Shown here in pieces: positions 10,498 through 19,136 of a DNA stretch of 64,000 bases. The DNA lies in assembly GCA_048939625.1 (NCBI GenBank), contig JBHLPH010000010.1, positions 9,943 through 73,942 on the forward strand, given 5' to 3'. Source of the DNA: Promethearchaeota archaeon. GTDB lineage: Archaea; Asgardarchaeota; Hermodarchaeia; Hermodarchaeales; Hermodarchaeaceae. Each line of letters opens with the position of its first letter. Within the stretch, counting starts at the first letter, position 1. The notes below the pieces were generated by a model. It was not told the origin of the DNA and did not search any database. It saw only the letters and a list, made by a program, of their open reading frames with translations. The translations under genes and the position numbers were made by a program.

Positions 10498-11085
10498 TTG
10501 CAAGTGCGTAAGGTCGTTGTAGTCAGTGGCGTGCCCGGTGTTGGCAAAACCACCGTGGTGACCGATGCGATTCGTAAGGTTGAGAACCGTCTCAACGTTT
10601 CACTAATAACCTATGGTTCTGTGATGTTTGAGATTGCGCAAAAGAAGCGACTTGTCGAGAATCGTGATGAACTACGAAGATTGCCTGTGAAAAAACAGCG
10701 TGAGGTTCAAAAACTCGCTGGCGAGCGTATCGCAGCAATGAGTAAAACTCAAGTCGTAATCGTCGATACCCATACTTTAATTCAAACTGCTGATGGTGGA
10801 TTTCTAATAGGGTTACCAAAATGGGTAGCAGAAGCCATCCGTCCTGCCTCCATTGTGCTCGTAGAAGCCGATCCAAAGAACATTGCTTCTCGACGCGCTA
10901 AGGATCCGACCCGTACACGGGATGAGCAGTTGATCGACAACATTGCAGCACATCAGTTGTTATGTCGTTCAGCGGCAGTGGCGGTAGGAACTCTAACAGG
11001 GGCAACCGTAATGATTCTTAAGAACATAGAGGGTAAATCTGAGGAAGCAGCGACCGCCTTTGCCGAGTTACTGTTAAAAGTGTGA
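10498..11085 (+). CDS. adkA: Archaeal adenylate kinase
   Basis: GVPGVGKTT P-loop, IVDTH, GLP, RR..D.TR.RD; follows secY. Confidence 0.95.
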   Translation: MQVRKVVVVSGVPGVGKTTVVTDAIRKVENRLNVSLITYGSVMFEIAQKKRLVENRDELRRLPVKKQREVQKLAGERIAAMSKTQVVIVDTHTLIQTADGGFLIGLPKWVAEAIRPASIVLVEADPKNIASRRAKDPTRTRDEQLIDNIAAHQLLCRSAAVAVGTLTGATVMILKNIEGKSEEAATAFAELLLKV

Positions 11086-11735
11086 TAGCCGTGCAGAGTA
11101 TTTTCATCGATATTGCTGTAGCCATTCGCAATGCCTTAGGTCCATGGGCGTATCCGCCTCTATCGTCAGTTGTAGTGCTGCTGGTTAGCATCATTATTTC
11201 CCTGACTTCAAACCTAGTCAATCGACATTTCATCGATTATGATCGCTTGAAACGGTCACGGGAAGAGATTAACAAGTACAATGAAATGAAGAAAAAGGTC
11301 AAAGAGGAGACTGATCCCAAAGCCCGGCGAAAATTGGAACTCAAGATTAAACGTCGCGAACGGTATATTATGAAATTACAAGGTGATGTAAGCAAGCAGT
11401 CATTCATTCCTATGCTGGTTACAATTATCCCTTTCATGTTGGTGTATACCATCATGAACGGCGTCTTTGTTGATCCTGGCCTGGCATTTCCTTCTGCTGC
11501 GGTTCCTGCTCCTGTGATTTGGTCTCCTCTTAACTTCGGTCAGCTTCTAGGACCCTTTGGTCTGGGTTTCGGATGGCAATATGGGCAATGGGTCGATACA
11601 GGGCTGTATTTCCCTGGAGTGCCCCTCGGTGGAATGGGATTACTCTACATCTATTGGTATATCATTTGTAGCTTCACAATGAACCTCATTATTCAGAAAT
11701 TCCTTGGCACAACCATGACCACCGGCTTATCGTAA
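11082..11735 (+). CDS. EMC3/TMCO1 (DUF106, Oxa1-superfamily) membrane insertase
   Basis: TM, coiled coil, TM, then WYIICS; conserved position after adk. Confidence 0.85.
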   Translation: MIAVQSIFIDIAVAIRNALGPWAYPPLSSVVVLLVSIIISLTSNLVNRHFIDYDRLKRSREEINKYNEMKKKVKEETDPKARRKLELKIKRRERYIMKLQGDVSKQSFIPMLVTIIPFMLVYTIMNGVFVDPGLAFPSAAVPAPVIWSPLNFGQLLGPFGLGFGWQYGQWVDTGLYFPGVPLGGMGLLYIYWYIICSFTMNLIIQKFLGTTMTTGLS

Positions 11736-11753
11736 TCTCGGACGTGTATTGTC

Positions 11754-12308
11754 GTGGACTTGTCAATTGCGGTCAGTGGCATGCACGGAGCAGGCACTAC
11801 CACGGTTGCCACCGCCCTCGCTGAGGCCTTTAATCTCCGATACATCTCCGCTGGAATGATTTTTCGCCAACTCGCAAAAGAAAAAGGAATCTCCTTGGCG
11901 GAATTAAGTAAAATCGCTGAAGATAATCCTCAAATCGATCAAGAAATTGATGATCGAACCCAACACGAAGCAGAAGCTGGCAACGTAGTTATTGATGCCT
12001 ATATTGCTGGTTGGGTTGCCCGAAGGCACGCTGATATTGCCATCTACCTTCACGCACCATTGGAGATTCGTGCTCTCCGCATTGCAGAACGGGAATCTCG
12101 GAATTACGAAGAAATCCTAGAAGAAACGCAAATTCGCGAAAATAGTGAAAGAAGCCGGTTCCGGGAGTTTTATGGCATAGATGTCACAGACACCCGGCTT
12201 TTTGATCTCGTACTTAACACCGAGCACTTCAACGCTGTTGCTACGATAAGTATTTGTACCGCAGCTGTAAAGGCGTATCTTGCGTCCTCCGGGACGACAA
12301 CCGAATGA
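11754..12308 (+). CDS. cmk: Cytidylate kinase
   Basis: SG..GAGTTT, SAG.IFR, D.EID, YGID..D...FDL.LNT. Confidence 0.93.
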   Translation: MDLSIAVSGMHGAGTTTVATALAEAFNLRYISAGMIFRQLAKEKGISLAELSKIAEDNPQIDQEIDDRTQHEAEAGNVVIDAYIAGWVARRHADIAIYLHAPLEIRALRIAERESRNYEEILEETQIRENSERSRFREFYGIDVTDTRLFDLVLNTEHFNAVATISICTAAVKAYLASSGTTTE

Positions 12309-12360
12309 TGTTGTGGTGGCAACACCCAGCTGACTGTCAACCGGTGGAGGAAACATCCCC

Positions 12361-12636
12361 ATGAGTCTAGTTGAAGTTGGAAGAGTTTGCGTGAAAACGC
12401 GCGGTCGAGAGACCGGAAAGAAATGTGTTGTTGTTGAACGTGTGGACAAAAATTTCGTCCTTGTATCCGGACCCCAAGAAATTTCTGGAGTCCGTCGTCG
12501 CCGAGTGAACGTCGACCATTTGGATCCGACGAAAAAGAAAGTCGACATCAAAGCTGGTGCAGAAGACGCTGCCATTGTGAAGGCTATCAAGGACGCTAAA
12601 CTTACACCGTTCATGAAAGAAGCTGGAAAAGAATAA
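12361..12636 (+). CDS. rpl14e: 50S ribosomal protein eL14
   Basis: EVGRVCVKT.GRE.G, VRRRRVNV.HL.P. Confidence 0.96.
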   Translation: MSLVEVGRVCVKTRGRETGKKCVVVERVDKNFVLVSGPQEISGVRRRRVNVDHLDPTKKKVDIKAGAEDAAIVKAIKDAKLTPFMKEAGKE

Positions 12637-12670
12637 CACACCGCTCCCTGTACGGGAGTTGAGGAGGACA

Positions 12671-13730
12671 TTGGATCTGACAAAATCGCGGCTGCCTGCA
12701 GATAAGAAACGGAAATTAGTAACGCGAGCTGAAGACACCACAAACCCTACTTATGGTCGGATTCCTGCGAAGCGAACTATCCTGGAATTATTCCAGGATG
12801 GCATCATTAACCTGGATAGCTTGGCTTAAGGGGTTTCAACCCTTTCCAAACCCAGAAAAACCACCAGGACCGACCAGTCACGAAGTAGTGTCTTGGATCA
12901 AACGCATTCTAGCCATATCTCGTGCAGGCCATTCGGGAACATTGGATCCCCAAGTCACAGGTGTACTCCCAGTTATGTTAGGGAATGCCACAAAAATTGC
13001 CAATGCCCTGCTAACGTCAGGTAAAGAATACATTTGCATAATGCGCCTTCATCGGCAAGAAGAACCTCAGAAGGTTCGGGAAGCTGCCACAGAATTCGTT
13101 GGGACAATTTATCAACGTCCGCCTGTCCGTTCTTCAGTAAAGCGACGTGTACGCACACGTCACATCTATTATCTGGATATCCTTGAAATCGAGGACCAAA
13201 ACGTACTCTTTCGTGTTGGATGCCAAGCTGGCACCTATATTCGGAAACTCGTTTATGATCTTGGTGAAGTTCTCGGCAGTGGAGCCCATATGGCTGAACT
13301 CCGACGAACACGCACGGGACCATTCAAAGAAGACAATACGTTAGCAACCTTGTATGATGTTAAGGATGCCTATCAGTTTTGGCACGAAGACAAGGATGAT
13401 CGGCTACTCCGGCAATATCTACAACCTCTCGAAAATGGCGTCCAACATCTACCCCAAATTATAATTCGAGACACAGCAGTGGATGCCATATGTCACGGTG
13501 CGAACCTAGCGGTTACCGGAGTGTTACAGCTTCATGACGATATCGAACCAGGTGATTACGTTGCGCTGATGACCTTGAAGGGTGAGTTGGTCGCCCTCGG
13601 AATTGCTCAACAAAAGAGTCAGCAAATATTACAAGCTTCATCAGGGATTGTAGCAGATACCAAGCGGGTTGTGTTAGCAGCAGGAACCTATCCATCCAGT
13701 TGGCGAAAAAAAACTAAAGACACTGGCTAA
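12671..13730 (+). CDS. cbf5: H/ACA pseudouridine synthase Cbf5; join(12671..12817,12858..13730), 339 aa after splicing
   Basis: Exon 1 (TTG after GAGGAGG) encodes ...TTNPTYG.IP..R...GIINLD. Exon 2, in another frame, encodes KPPGPTSHEV...GHSGTLDP...GTYIRKL and a PUA domain. Confidence 0.93.
12818..12857 (+). other. 40-nt archaeal-type (BHB/BHL) mRNA intron in cbf5
   Basis: Central helix CUGG(12812-15)/CCAG(12852-55); bulges AUA(12816-18) and AAA(12856-58); internal hairpin; in-frame TAA at 12827; removal restores the frame. Confidence 0.85.
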
Positions 13731-13755
13731 CAAACACCTTTTAGGAAAAATATAA

Positions 13756-13871
13756 TGGCGCCGCGGACGAGATTCGAACTCGTGCGACCCGAGAGTCACA
13801 GGCTATATGAGCATCGCCAAATTAGTGACGAGATTCCAGGCCTGCGCCGTAAACCACTTGGCTACCGCGGC
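13756..13871 (-). tRNA. tRNA-Ser(GGA) with a 29-nt intron at 37/38 (13805-13833) and encoded CCA
   Basis: Acceptor GCCGCGG/CCGCGGC, anticodon arm CAGGC-CTGGAA[intron]A-GCCTG, long variable arm, T-loop TTCGAAT, G73-CCA. Confidence 0.95.
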
Positions 13872-14035
13872 TCGCGAGTTCCTTCAGAAGCGTGCTTATT
13901 AAAGATTTAGTTACAACTTCCTTTCTTTGTGTGCTAGAATTACCTCAAAAGGATTCGGACTTTGGCAACACATTTAAAAGCGGTTCTGTATTTCGATTGC
14001 GATAGCTCAGAGCTAGTGCTACTTGAGGTGCTAAC

Positions 14036-14491
14036 TTGTCGTCGTCATATCGATACATAATCCGAGTTGCTCGTACCGACCTCGATGGAAGCCTAAAACT
14101 TGACAGAGCTTTAAGCAATGTCAAAGGAGTTGGTCGAAGGCTAGCCCGTGCCATAGTTGAGGCTGCAGGGCTTAATCCAGATCAACGGACAGGATATATC
14201 ACCGACCAGGATGTTGCCAAAATCGAGGAAGTACTTGAAGCTCCTGGAAAATTTGGTATTCCTTTCTGGATGCTGAATCGTCAAAAGGATATGGCTTCTG
14301 GGCAAAATAAGCATCTCATTGGCGCAGACCTTGACTTTCAACTGAAAATGGACATTGACCACATGATGAAGACAAAGAGCTGGAAGGGTATCCGACATGG
14401 ACTCGGATTAAAGGTTAGAGGCCAACGAACACGCTGTACCGGGCGCAGAGGACGAACAGTCGGTGTCACCCGGAAACGACGGGCTCCCTAG
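14036..14491 (+). CDS. rps13: 30S ribosomal protein uS13
   Basis: KGVGRR, WMLNRQKD, RH..GLKVRGQRT. Confidence 0.97.
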   Translation: MSSSYRYIIRVARTDLDGSLKLDRALSNVKGVGRRLARAIVEAAGLNPDQRTGYITDQDVAKIEEVLEAPGKFGIPFWMLNRQKDMASGQNKHLIGADLDFQLKMDIDHMMKTKSWKGIRHGLGLKVRGQRTRCTGRRGRTVGVTRKRRAP

Positions 14492-14501
14492 GTGACGAAA
14501 T

Positions 14502-15230
14502 ATGGGCGGAATACGCAAACCAAAGAAGAAATACGTTGCACCCGGACATCCCTGGCAGAAGACTCGGTTAGCCGAAGAACTAATTTATGTAGGTGAATAT
14601 GGTCTCCGCAATAAACGGGAGCTCTGGAAACACCGAACCCAGCTGACCCATTTCCGTGGCACAGCCCGTGATCTTGTGGCCCTTTCCATGGAAGAAAGGG
14701 ACGTTCGTGAAACTCAACTTCTAAACCGATTGGCTCGACTAGCTCTTATTGATGAGAATTCCCAATTGGATGATGTTCTCAATCTGACGATTCGTGACGT
14801 CTTAGAACGCCGATTGCAGACGCAGGTGCTACGTCAGGGCTTGGCAAAGACAATGCACCATGCAAGGCAGTTAATCGTTCACGGTCATATCATACTTGAT
14901 CAACATCGTGTTACTTCTCCCGGTATGCTCCTTTATCGTGATCAAGAAAAAGCGCTCAAATATGCTACAAAAAGTCCCTACACTAATCCTCTGCATCCAG
15001 AAATTCCAAAAGGCGAAACAGTTGCTCCAGCTCCTGAAGTCCGGGAACCAGTTTCGAAAGAAAAAATTGAAGTAAAAATCCCTCAAGTCCGTGAAATCAA
15101 AGAAGTTGAACTTGAAGAAGAGGTCGACTTAGACGAAGACCTTGCTGAAGAGGAAAACGTTCAGGAAGAAACTGAAAAACCGCCTGCAAAGGACCAGAAA
15201 GGTGCAGCCAAAGAAAAAGAAACAAAATAA
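14502..15230 (+). CDS. rps4: 30S ribosomal protein uS4 with acidic C-terminal tail
   Basis: HPW, YGLRNKRELW, LERRLQT, ARQLIVHGHI. Confidence 0.97.
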   Translation: MGGIRKPKKKYVAPGHPWQKTRLAEELIYVGEYGLRNKRELWKHRTQLTHFRGTARDLVALSMEERDVRETQLLNRLARLALIDENSQLDDVLNLTIRDVLERRLQTQVLRQGLAKTMHHARQLIVHGHIILDQHRVTSPGMLLYRDQEKALKYATKSPYTNPLHPEIPKGETVAPAPEVREPVSKEKIEVKIPQVREIKEVELEEEVDLDEDLAEEENVQEETEKPPAKDQKGAAKEKETK

Positions 15231-15259
15231 TTGAGTTGGAAACAGAAAGGTGATGGGAA

Positions 15260-15928
15260 ATGGCAAAAGACGAGGAAAAGAAACCGGAACCGGAAAAAGC
15301 CCCTGAAGAAAAACCTAAGAAAACTCCCAAAGCGAAAGAAGCACCTAAGAAAAAAGCAGAAACCAAAGAGGCACCCGCTGAACCCACTACAGCAGAGGAA
15401 CCTTCTAAAGAGAAAAAGCCCGTCAAAGCGAAGAAAAAAGCCAAACCCGAAGCGGAAGAGGAAGAAAAGAAACCAACTCGTCGCACTCGAACCCGTTCAC
15501 CACGTTCAGGTGGGCGCGCTCGCACCCCCACCCCTGTTGATAGTAAGGAAAAATGGGGCGTGGCTCATATTTACAGTTCCTACAACGATACAATTGTTCA
15601 TATCACCGATATTACGGGTGCAGAAACGATTGCCCGTGCTTCCGGTGGCATGATAGTCCGCGCGGATCGAGACGAAAGTTCTCCCTATGCAGCAATGCAA
15701 GCCGCTTTTCGTGCCGCTCGCGCAGCTATGGACAAAGATGTCACTCGAGTCAATATTAAGGTCCGAGCTCCCGGTGGGCATGGTCCCAAAACTCCTGGGC
15801 CTGGGGCTCAAGCAGCCATCCGCGCACTAGCACGTGCTGGTCTTCGAATAGGTCGAATTGAAGAAGTAACCCCCGTACCTCATGACGGAACACGCCGTCC
15901 TGGAGGTCGGAGAGGTCGCAGAGTATAA
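15260..15928 (+). CDS. rps11: 30S ribosomal protein uS11 with ~95-aa Lys/Glu/Pro N-terminal extension
   Basis: [48 protein letters not shown]. Confidence 0.97.
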   Translation: MAKDEEKKPEPEKAPEEKPKKTPKAKEAPKKKAETKEAPAEPTTAEEPSKEKKPVKAKKKAKPEAEEEEKKPTRRTRTRSPRSGGRARTPTPVDSKEKWGVAHIYSSYNDTIVHITDITGAETIARASGGMIVRADRDESSPYAAMQAAFRAARAAMDKDVTRVNIKVRAPGGHGPKTPGPGAQAAIRALARAGLRIGRIEEVTPVPHDGTRRPGGRRGRRV

Positions 15929-15968
15929 TGGTGATTATCACTGGGCATCAACAAGAGGTGAACTGAAA

Positions 15969-16913
15969 ATGAAGATAACCATCCTTGAAAAAACCGAAGA
16001 CACCCTCAAGCTTCAAGTGGAAGGAGTTCAACCTGGTTTAATGAATGCCCTGCGCCGCATCATTATAGCTGAAACTCCATCGATGGCAATTGAAGAAGTT
16101 GTGATTCTTGAAAACCAGTCGCCACTCTTCGATGAAATCATTGCACACCGTCTTGGTCTTGTCCCTCTTCGGACGAATTATGATACCTATGTTTTGCCAT
16201 CTGAATGCACCTGTCAAGGCGCTGGTTGTCACCTCTGTCAGGCAGGCTTTACCATGGAGGTTGAAGCACCTGAAGATGGCTATCTAGCCACAACAGGAGA
16301 CCTCAAACCCCAAGACCCGGACACGGTACCAGTAAGTGATAAGATTCCCATTGCCAAAATGGCGAAAGGACAGCGCATTGTTGTCGAAGCATATGCTCGG
16401 TTGGGGGTTGGGCTTGATCATGCCAAATGGCAACCCGTATCTACCATGGCCTACAAAATGATCCCTCACGTGGAGGTCGATCCTAAGAAGTGTGATGGAT
16501 GTAAAGAATGCATCGAAGCCTGCTTTCGAAAGGTTTTCGAAATGCAAAACGACAAAGCTGTTGTCGTTGATGAAATGAATTGTACCATATGTAATCTCTG
16601 TGTGGAAACTTGTGATGTTCAAGCCATTAAAGTAACATACGAAGAAAACAGCTTCATCGTGACGATTGAATCCACTGGAGCAGCACCGCCTGAGCAAATT
16701 GTTGAGAAAGGCTTTGACGTATTTCGCGCAAAATATGAGAATCTTATTAAACTACTTCCAGGTCGTGCACCAAAAACCTCTACGAAACCAAAGAAGACAA
16801 AGAAAGCAGCTGCCACCAAACCCAAAATCACTAAAAAAACACCCGCAAAGAAAAAGACCACTAAGGCTAAGTCGACCACGAAATCGAAAGCCAAGAGCAA
16901 GAAATCCAAATGA
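15969..16913 (+). CDS. rpoD: RNA polymerase subunit D (Rpo3) with ferredoxin-like domain and Lys-rich tail
   Basis: NALRR, DEIIAHRLGLVP, HAKWQP, two CxxCxxCxxxC motifs; ATG 15969 follows GAGGTGA. Confidence 0.96.
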   Translation: MKITILEKTEDTLKLQVEGVQPGLMNALRRIIIAETPSMAIEEVVILENQSPLFDEIIAHRLGLVPLRTNYDTYVLPSECTCQGAGCHLCQAGFTMEVEAPEDGYLATTGDLKPQDPDTVPVSDKIPIAKMAKGQRIVVEAYARLGVGLDHAKWQPVSTMAYKMIPHVEVDPKKCDGCKECIEACFRKVFEMQNDKAVVVDEMNCTICNLCVETCDVQAIKVTYEENSFIVTIESTGAAPPEQIVEKGFDVFRAKYENLIKLLPGRAPKTSTKPKKTKKAAATKPKITKKTPAKKKTTKAKSTTKSKAKSKKSK

Positions 16914-16925
16914 GTGTGAGTCACG

Positions 16926-17285
16926 GTGAACTTAAAAACAACCAATGAAACTCGACAACAACTTATCATTAAACTGAAGCGTCAATCACGAAACCCAGGA
17001 GGGCGTATTTGGCGAACATTATACAAGGATTTGCAATCCGCTCGCCGGAAACGAATTACTGTGAATGTAAGTGATCTTCAACGATACCATAGCCGGGGAT
17101 ATACTATGGTTGTGCCTGGTAAAGTTCTTGGTGATGGAGTAATCGAAGATAAGTTAAATGTCGCAGCAGTTAGCTTCTCTGAACAAGCCCGTACAAAAAT
17201 TGAGGGCAAGGGTGGTCAATGTCTTACAATTGAAGAACTAATGGAAAAGAACCCGACGGGTAAGAATGCTCGAATCATCAGCTAA
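16926..17285 (+). CDS. rpl18e: 50S ribosomal protein eL18
   Basis: VVPGKVLGDG, FS..A..KI, NP.G. Confidence 0.95.
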   Translation: MNLKTTNETRQQLIIKLKRQSRNPGGRIWRTLYKDLQSARRKRITVNVSDLQRYHSRGYTMVVPGKVLGDGVIEDKLNVAAVSFSEQARTKIEGKGGQCLTIEELMEKNPTGKNARIIS

Positions 17286-17298
17286 GGAGAAATAACAA

Positions 17299-17775
17299 AT
17301 GGTAAAACAATCCACTAAATCAAGCAATGAGGCACCAATCTCAATCGACCCACTCCTAGTTGATGCAAATAACGCTGTTGCTGGCCGATTAGCCACCCTT
17401 GTTGCTAAGCAACTCTTACAAGGCGAACATGTTGTTGTAATTAATGCCGAAAAAGCCGTGCTTTCAGGAAATCGCTCAAGTCTAATTTTACAATATAAAG
17501 AAGCCTTGGGTCGTCGAACCAGATCAGCACCCTGGAAGGGACCATTACATCCCCGACAACCCGATCGCTTACTGCGACGAATAATCCGCGGGATGGTTCC
17601 ATGGAAAAAAGACCGAGGACGAAAAGCTATGAAACGGCTGCGCGTTTATACTGGCACTCCAGAAGGGCTGAAAACGAAACGTTACATCGACATGTCCGAA
17701 TTTGAAAGGACAGGGCGTCGAACAATTTACTTAGGTGAAATCGCCCGCGAACTTGGATGGAAGGGATCCGCATGA
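17299..17775 (+). CDS. rpl13: 50S ribosomal protein uL13
   Basis: GRLA..VAK.LL.G, NAEKA, GP.HPR.PD, RGMVP. Confidence 0.96.
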   Translation: MVKQSTKSSNEAPISIDPLLVDANNAVAGRLATLVAKQLLQGEHVVVINAEKAVLSGNRSSLILQYKEALGRRTRSAPWKGPLHPRQPDRLLRRIIRGMVPWKKDRGRKAMKRLRVYTGTPEGLKTKRYIDMSEFERTGRRTIYLGEIARELGWKGSA

Positions 17776-18173
17776 AAATAACTGTAAGCTCAGGAAAACG
17801 AAAAACCGCCATTGCCCGTGCCACGGTACGTGAAGGCACTGGACGAATCCATGTTAACAAAACCTCACTGGAAACTTTTACTCCGTTAATGGCCCGCCAA
17901 ATTATCGAAGAACCGCTCTTAATCGCAGGAACCGATATTACTTCAAAAATTGACATCCGGGTTAATGTACGGGGTGGGGGGACAATGGGACAGGCCCAAG
18001 CCTCTCGAATCGCTATCGCTCGCGGACTTGTGGATTTCACGAAGAGCGCTGATCTTCGGAAGCAGTTTGTTGAATATGATCGAACACTCATGGCTGGCGA
18101 TTCGCGTCGAAAAGAAAAGAAGAAATTTGGTGGTCCCGGCGCTAGAGCCAAGAGACAGAAAAGTTATCGTTAG
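17772..18173 (+). CDS. rps9: 30S ribosomal protein uS9
   Basis: [36 protein letters not shown]. Confidence 0.97.
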   Translation: MKITVSSGKRKTAIARATVREGTGRIHVNKTSLETFTPLMARQIIEEPLLIAGTDITSKIDIRVNVRGGGTMGQAQASRIAIARGLVDFTKSADLRKQFVEYDRTLMAGDSRRKEKKKFGGPGARAKRQKSYR

Positions 18174-18187
18174 AGGAGAAAGATTAC

Positions 18188-18388
18188 GTGATAATTCCAA
18201 TTCGTTGTTTCACTTGTGGTCGGCTCGTTGCAGATAAGTGGGAAGAATATAGCCGCCGTGTACGTCAAGGGGAAGACCCTGCAGCGGTCTTAGACTCGAT
18301 GGGATTGAAACGCTACTGCTGCCGGAGAATGCTTCTAAGCCATGTTGATATCATCGATGCGGTTCTTCAATTTGCGGAGCGGACATGA
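18188..18388 (+). CDS. rpoN: RNA polymerase subunit N (Rpo10)
   Basis: [20 protein letters not shown]. Confidence 0.97.
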   Translation: MIIPIRCFTCGRLVADKWEEYSRRVRQGEDPAAVLDSMGLKRYCCRRMLLSHVDIIDAVLQFAERT

Positions 18389-19005
18389 CCATGACAGAAG
18401 ATCTACTTGTTGCCCTTGACCAATATCTTGCCGCTGGAATCCACATTGGCACTCAGGTAAAAACGGTTACAATGGAACCCTACATTTACCGGGTACGTCA
18501 GGACGGACTCTATGTTCTTGATATTCGTAAATTTGATGAAAGGGTACGGGTTGCTGCACGAATGCTCGCTCGAGTCGAACCAGCTTCAGTAGCTGTTGTC
18601 GGTGCTCGGCAATATGCCCAAAAACCCATTAACACCTTTTGTACGGTCATTGGTGCAACCCCGCTCTCTGGGCGGTTCATTCCTGGAACTTTTACAAATC
18701 CCCGGCTTCCCCAATATACCGAACCTTCTCTTATCTTTGTGACAGATCCACGAGCTGACGCCCAAGCCGTCCGTGAAGGCGCAAAAATCCGGGTTCCCGT
18801 TGTAGCATTGGTCGACACCGACAACTCTCTCCAATACATTGACCTTGCTATTCCCTGCAATAACAAAGGACGAAAATCTCTCTCTCTGACCTATTGGCTC
18901 CTTGCCCGCCAAGTACTACGCGAACGTGGACAATTAGCACCAGAAGTCGAGTTTCCATTCAAAGTCGAAGACTTCGAGGCAACTTTGCGTCGCACTGAAG
19001 CCTAG
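18385..19005 (+). CDS. rps2: 30S ribosomal protein uS2
   Basis: [31 protein letters not shown]. Confidence 0.97.
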   Translation: MTMTEDLLVALDQYLAAGIHIGTQVKTVTMEPYIYRVRQDGLYVLDIRKFDERVRVAARMLARVEPASVAVVGARQYAQKPINTFCTVIGATPLSGRFIPGTFTNPRLPQYTEPSLIFVTDPRADAQAVREGAKIRVPVVALVDTDNSLQYIDLAIPCNNKGRKSLSLTYWLLARQVLRERGQLAPEVEFPFKVEDFEATLRRTEA

Positions 19006-19136
19006 CACACTCCCTCTTGTTTTCATCGAGTCATGGAAAGGCTCTTAAGCATTCAACTCAGAATCGACTCGTAATTCCCTACCACACATGAGGTCATCCC
19101 CTCATTCCAGCATGAAATAGCTGGAGGCAAATTTCC

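Noticed and set aside
12304-12332. AUGAUG...CUGA box C/D-like pair before eL14
   Set aside because: Too short for a guide sRNA and the flanking stem is weak; could be chance.
12753-12857. ORF-track N-terminus of Cbf5 (MVGFLRSELSW...)
   Set aside because: It is an out-of-frame read of exon 1 plus the intron; the conserved Cbf5 N-terminus is in the frame starting at 12671.
12811-12860. cbf5 as a pseudogene or programmed ribosomal frameshift
   Set aside because: Both halves are intact, and a frameshift would leave ~13 extra residues inside motif I; exact 40-nt excision fits the BHB geometry.
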